Below are positions 62,374 to 64,000 of a stretch of DNA of 64,000 nt, in pieces (position 1 is the first letter of the stretch; the number at the start of each line of letters is the position of its first letter). Location of the stretch: the NCBI RefSeq assembly GCF_902713615.1, contig NC_052165.1:19162522-19226521 (forward strand). Reading direction: 5' to 3'. The stretch is from Scyliorhinus canicula (taxonomy: Eukaryota). The position numbers were made by a program, and so were the translations under genes. The notes beneath the pieces are model-generated. The model searched no databases. It was given only the letters and a program-made list of their open reading frames with translations, and had not been told where the DNA came from.

Positions 62374-63732
62374 ACTGATAAAAGTGTCAATCTTCGGCAG
62401 CACGGTGGCTAGCACAGCTGCTTCACGGTGCTGAGGTCCCATGTTTGATCCTGGCTCTGGGTCACTGCCCATGTGAAGTTTGCACATTCTTCCCGTGTTT
62501 GTGTGGGTTTCCCCCCCACAACCTAACAAATGTGCAGGCTAGGTAAATTGGCCATGCTAAATTGCCACTTAATTGGAAACAAAATGAATCTAAATTTCAG
62601 AAAAAAGTTTTTTAAAAAGTGCCAATCGTTTGAAAGACGTTTGAAAAATCACAAACCCTTGAAACCAACTAACTTGTGTCAACGAACTTTATGAAATCCA
62701 GTGATTCAGGGGGAGATTTACTCCAATATTGGCAAACGGTGATTTCGTAGGGAAAAAGCGCCATTTAGGTCAACAATGACAATGGCAACTTATTCTGCCA
62801 TATAGTGCAAAATGAAGACAGGCATGGGTTCCATGCCATATCACTGGTGGGTAGCCTCTGATTCGCCTGCCCCGCCATCAAGTTAGCGAATTGACGATCT
62901 GGACACCATATTTAAAGACCACCACAGTGCACAGTAAGCACACCAGGAACAAATCTTCATCCAGGTGCACATTCTGGCACCCCTGTCAATACCCTGTCAT
63001 TACCTGGCATCAAACCGGCACACCCTTGAACCACCCTGGCACCTCCTGGCATGACTCTCTCCTTACTGAGTGCTGCACTCACCCCTCTGAGCTTCGCTGG
63101 AGTACTTCTCGCCAGATGCAGGCCTTCTGAGACAAGTTGTGCTTCACGCCGTTCTGACATTACATTACTGTTGATGTGTTATTTGACGTAGGGATGTGAT
63201 TCCAGTTTATGGGCCTGATAATGAGTTGCTAATTTATTACGAGCTTCCCAATTTTGAAAGGTGTGAAACACAGCTGGCCACTGATGGAAGGAGGACATGT
63301 TTTTATGTTGACGTGAAACACAACTTCGGCCGTCTCACCAAATTTTTTTCTCGTCACCAAATGGGAACGGAAAATCCCAGCCGTTGACCTGTCAATCAAA
63401 CCATGTTTCCTCTGGGGGGAAGGTGCTCTTGTATTTTAATAGCTATCTGGGCTCTCAGCCAAGTGTACAGAAAATCAGAGCTTGCTGGTACATTTATGAA
63501 CTTGCACCTATTAACTTAATCAAGTTGAAGCCCTTGTGTATACTAAGCTAAATTTAGGTTTATGCAAACTGGTGACAGGTATTTGCTCATACTTTTTCAG
63601 TTTGCAAACTCATGCATATAAATGGTTGATCTCCCAATAAAATACATACAAATATAATTTTATCTTGTTAACATTAAAAAGGTAAAGTAAGGTAGTTACC
63701 TCAAAATAGTGCTGTTCCAATATCTCTGGCTG

Positions 63733-63791
63733 TCAGCAAGAGTAAGTCCGAATGGTGGAGTTATCTATCCTTTGCATTCCTGATGTGCCAA
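63733..63791 (-). CDS. PPFIA2: PPFIA2 (liprin-alpha2) stop-codon exon: (V)GTSGMQRIDNSTIRTYSC*
   Basis: Minus-strand acceptor ttctag. The liprin-alpha C-terminal PDZ-binding motif RTYSC* matches recalled PPFIA2 QRLDNSTVRTYSC. PPFIA2 converges on ACSS3 in other vertebrates. Donor gag|gtaact 33 nt after the stop (exon ends 63700). Confidence 0.85.
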
Positions 63792-64000
63792 CTAGAATTG
63801 CACAAGTTATCAATTAATACACAAGTGATCTTGTCTTTTAACTTATATAACCATTGTGCTTTGCTCTATTGAAATAAACATATTTCAACATTGAATATAA
63901 ATTAAAGAACTGATGATTTACTTATTTTGCTTGTGTGATGCTTATTTGTTACAATTTTCTTTTCACCAGTGTCGGCTTGAGTTCAAGAGCAGTTGTTCTC

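Noticed and set aside
63090-63160. Forkhead-like peptide QNGVKHNLS on the minus strand
   Set aside because: A short chance match inside a TIR-bounded repeat-like segment, with no supporting domain or exon structure.

Overview
Vertebrate genomic DNA, very likely an elasmobranch (shark, probably a catshark), inferred from HE1-like V-SINEs, a DeuSINE and CR1 LINEs. Two host genes converge tail-to-tail. The last six coding exons of ACSS3 (acyl-CoA synthetase short-chain 3) lie on + (5518-24952; 3'UTR probably to ~28070). The stop-codon exon of PPFIA2 (liprin-alpha2) lies on - (63733-63791), with a probable separate 3'UTR exon at ~55700-57115. Most of the rest is transposable-element sequence: tRNA-derived SINEs with interchangeable tails, two kinds of CR1 LINE, a Rex1/Babar LINE, Gypsy LTR remnants, a hAT-Charlie remnant, and Penelope-type fragments with decayed minimal hammerhead ribozymes. 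The most prominent system is PIF/Harbinger: decayed two-ORF elements (DDE transposase plus Myb/SANT-like protein) and many GC/CpG-rich MITEs with 14-bp TIRs and 3-bp TSDs. One MITE carries a perfect 64-bp palindrome arranged NRF1-CRE-Ebox-CRE-NRF1. There is no CRISPR array and no prokaryotic system, and most ORFs in the supplied track are spurious. Exon, TIR and TSD boundaries were read base by base; the ends of degenerate repeats are approximate. Family names come from recalled consensus motifs, not database searches.
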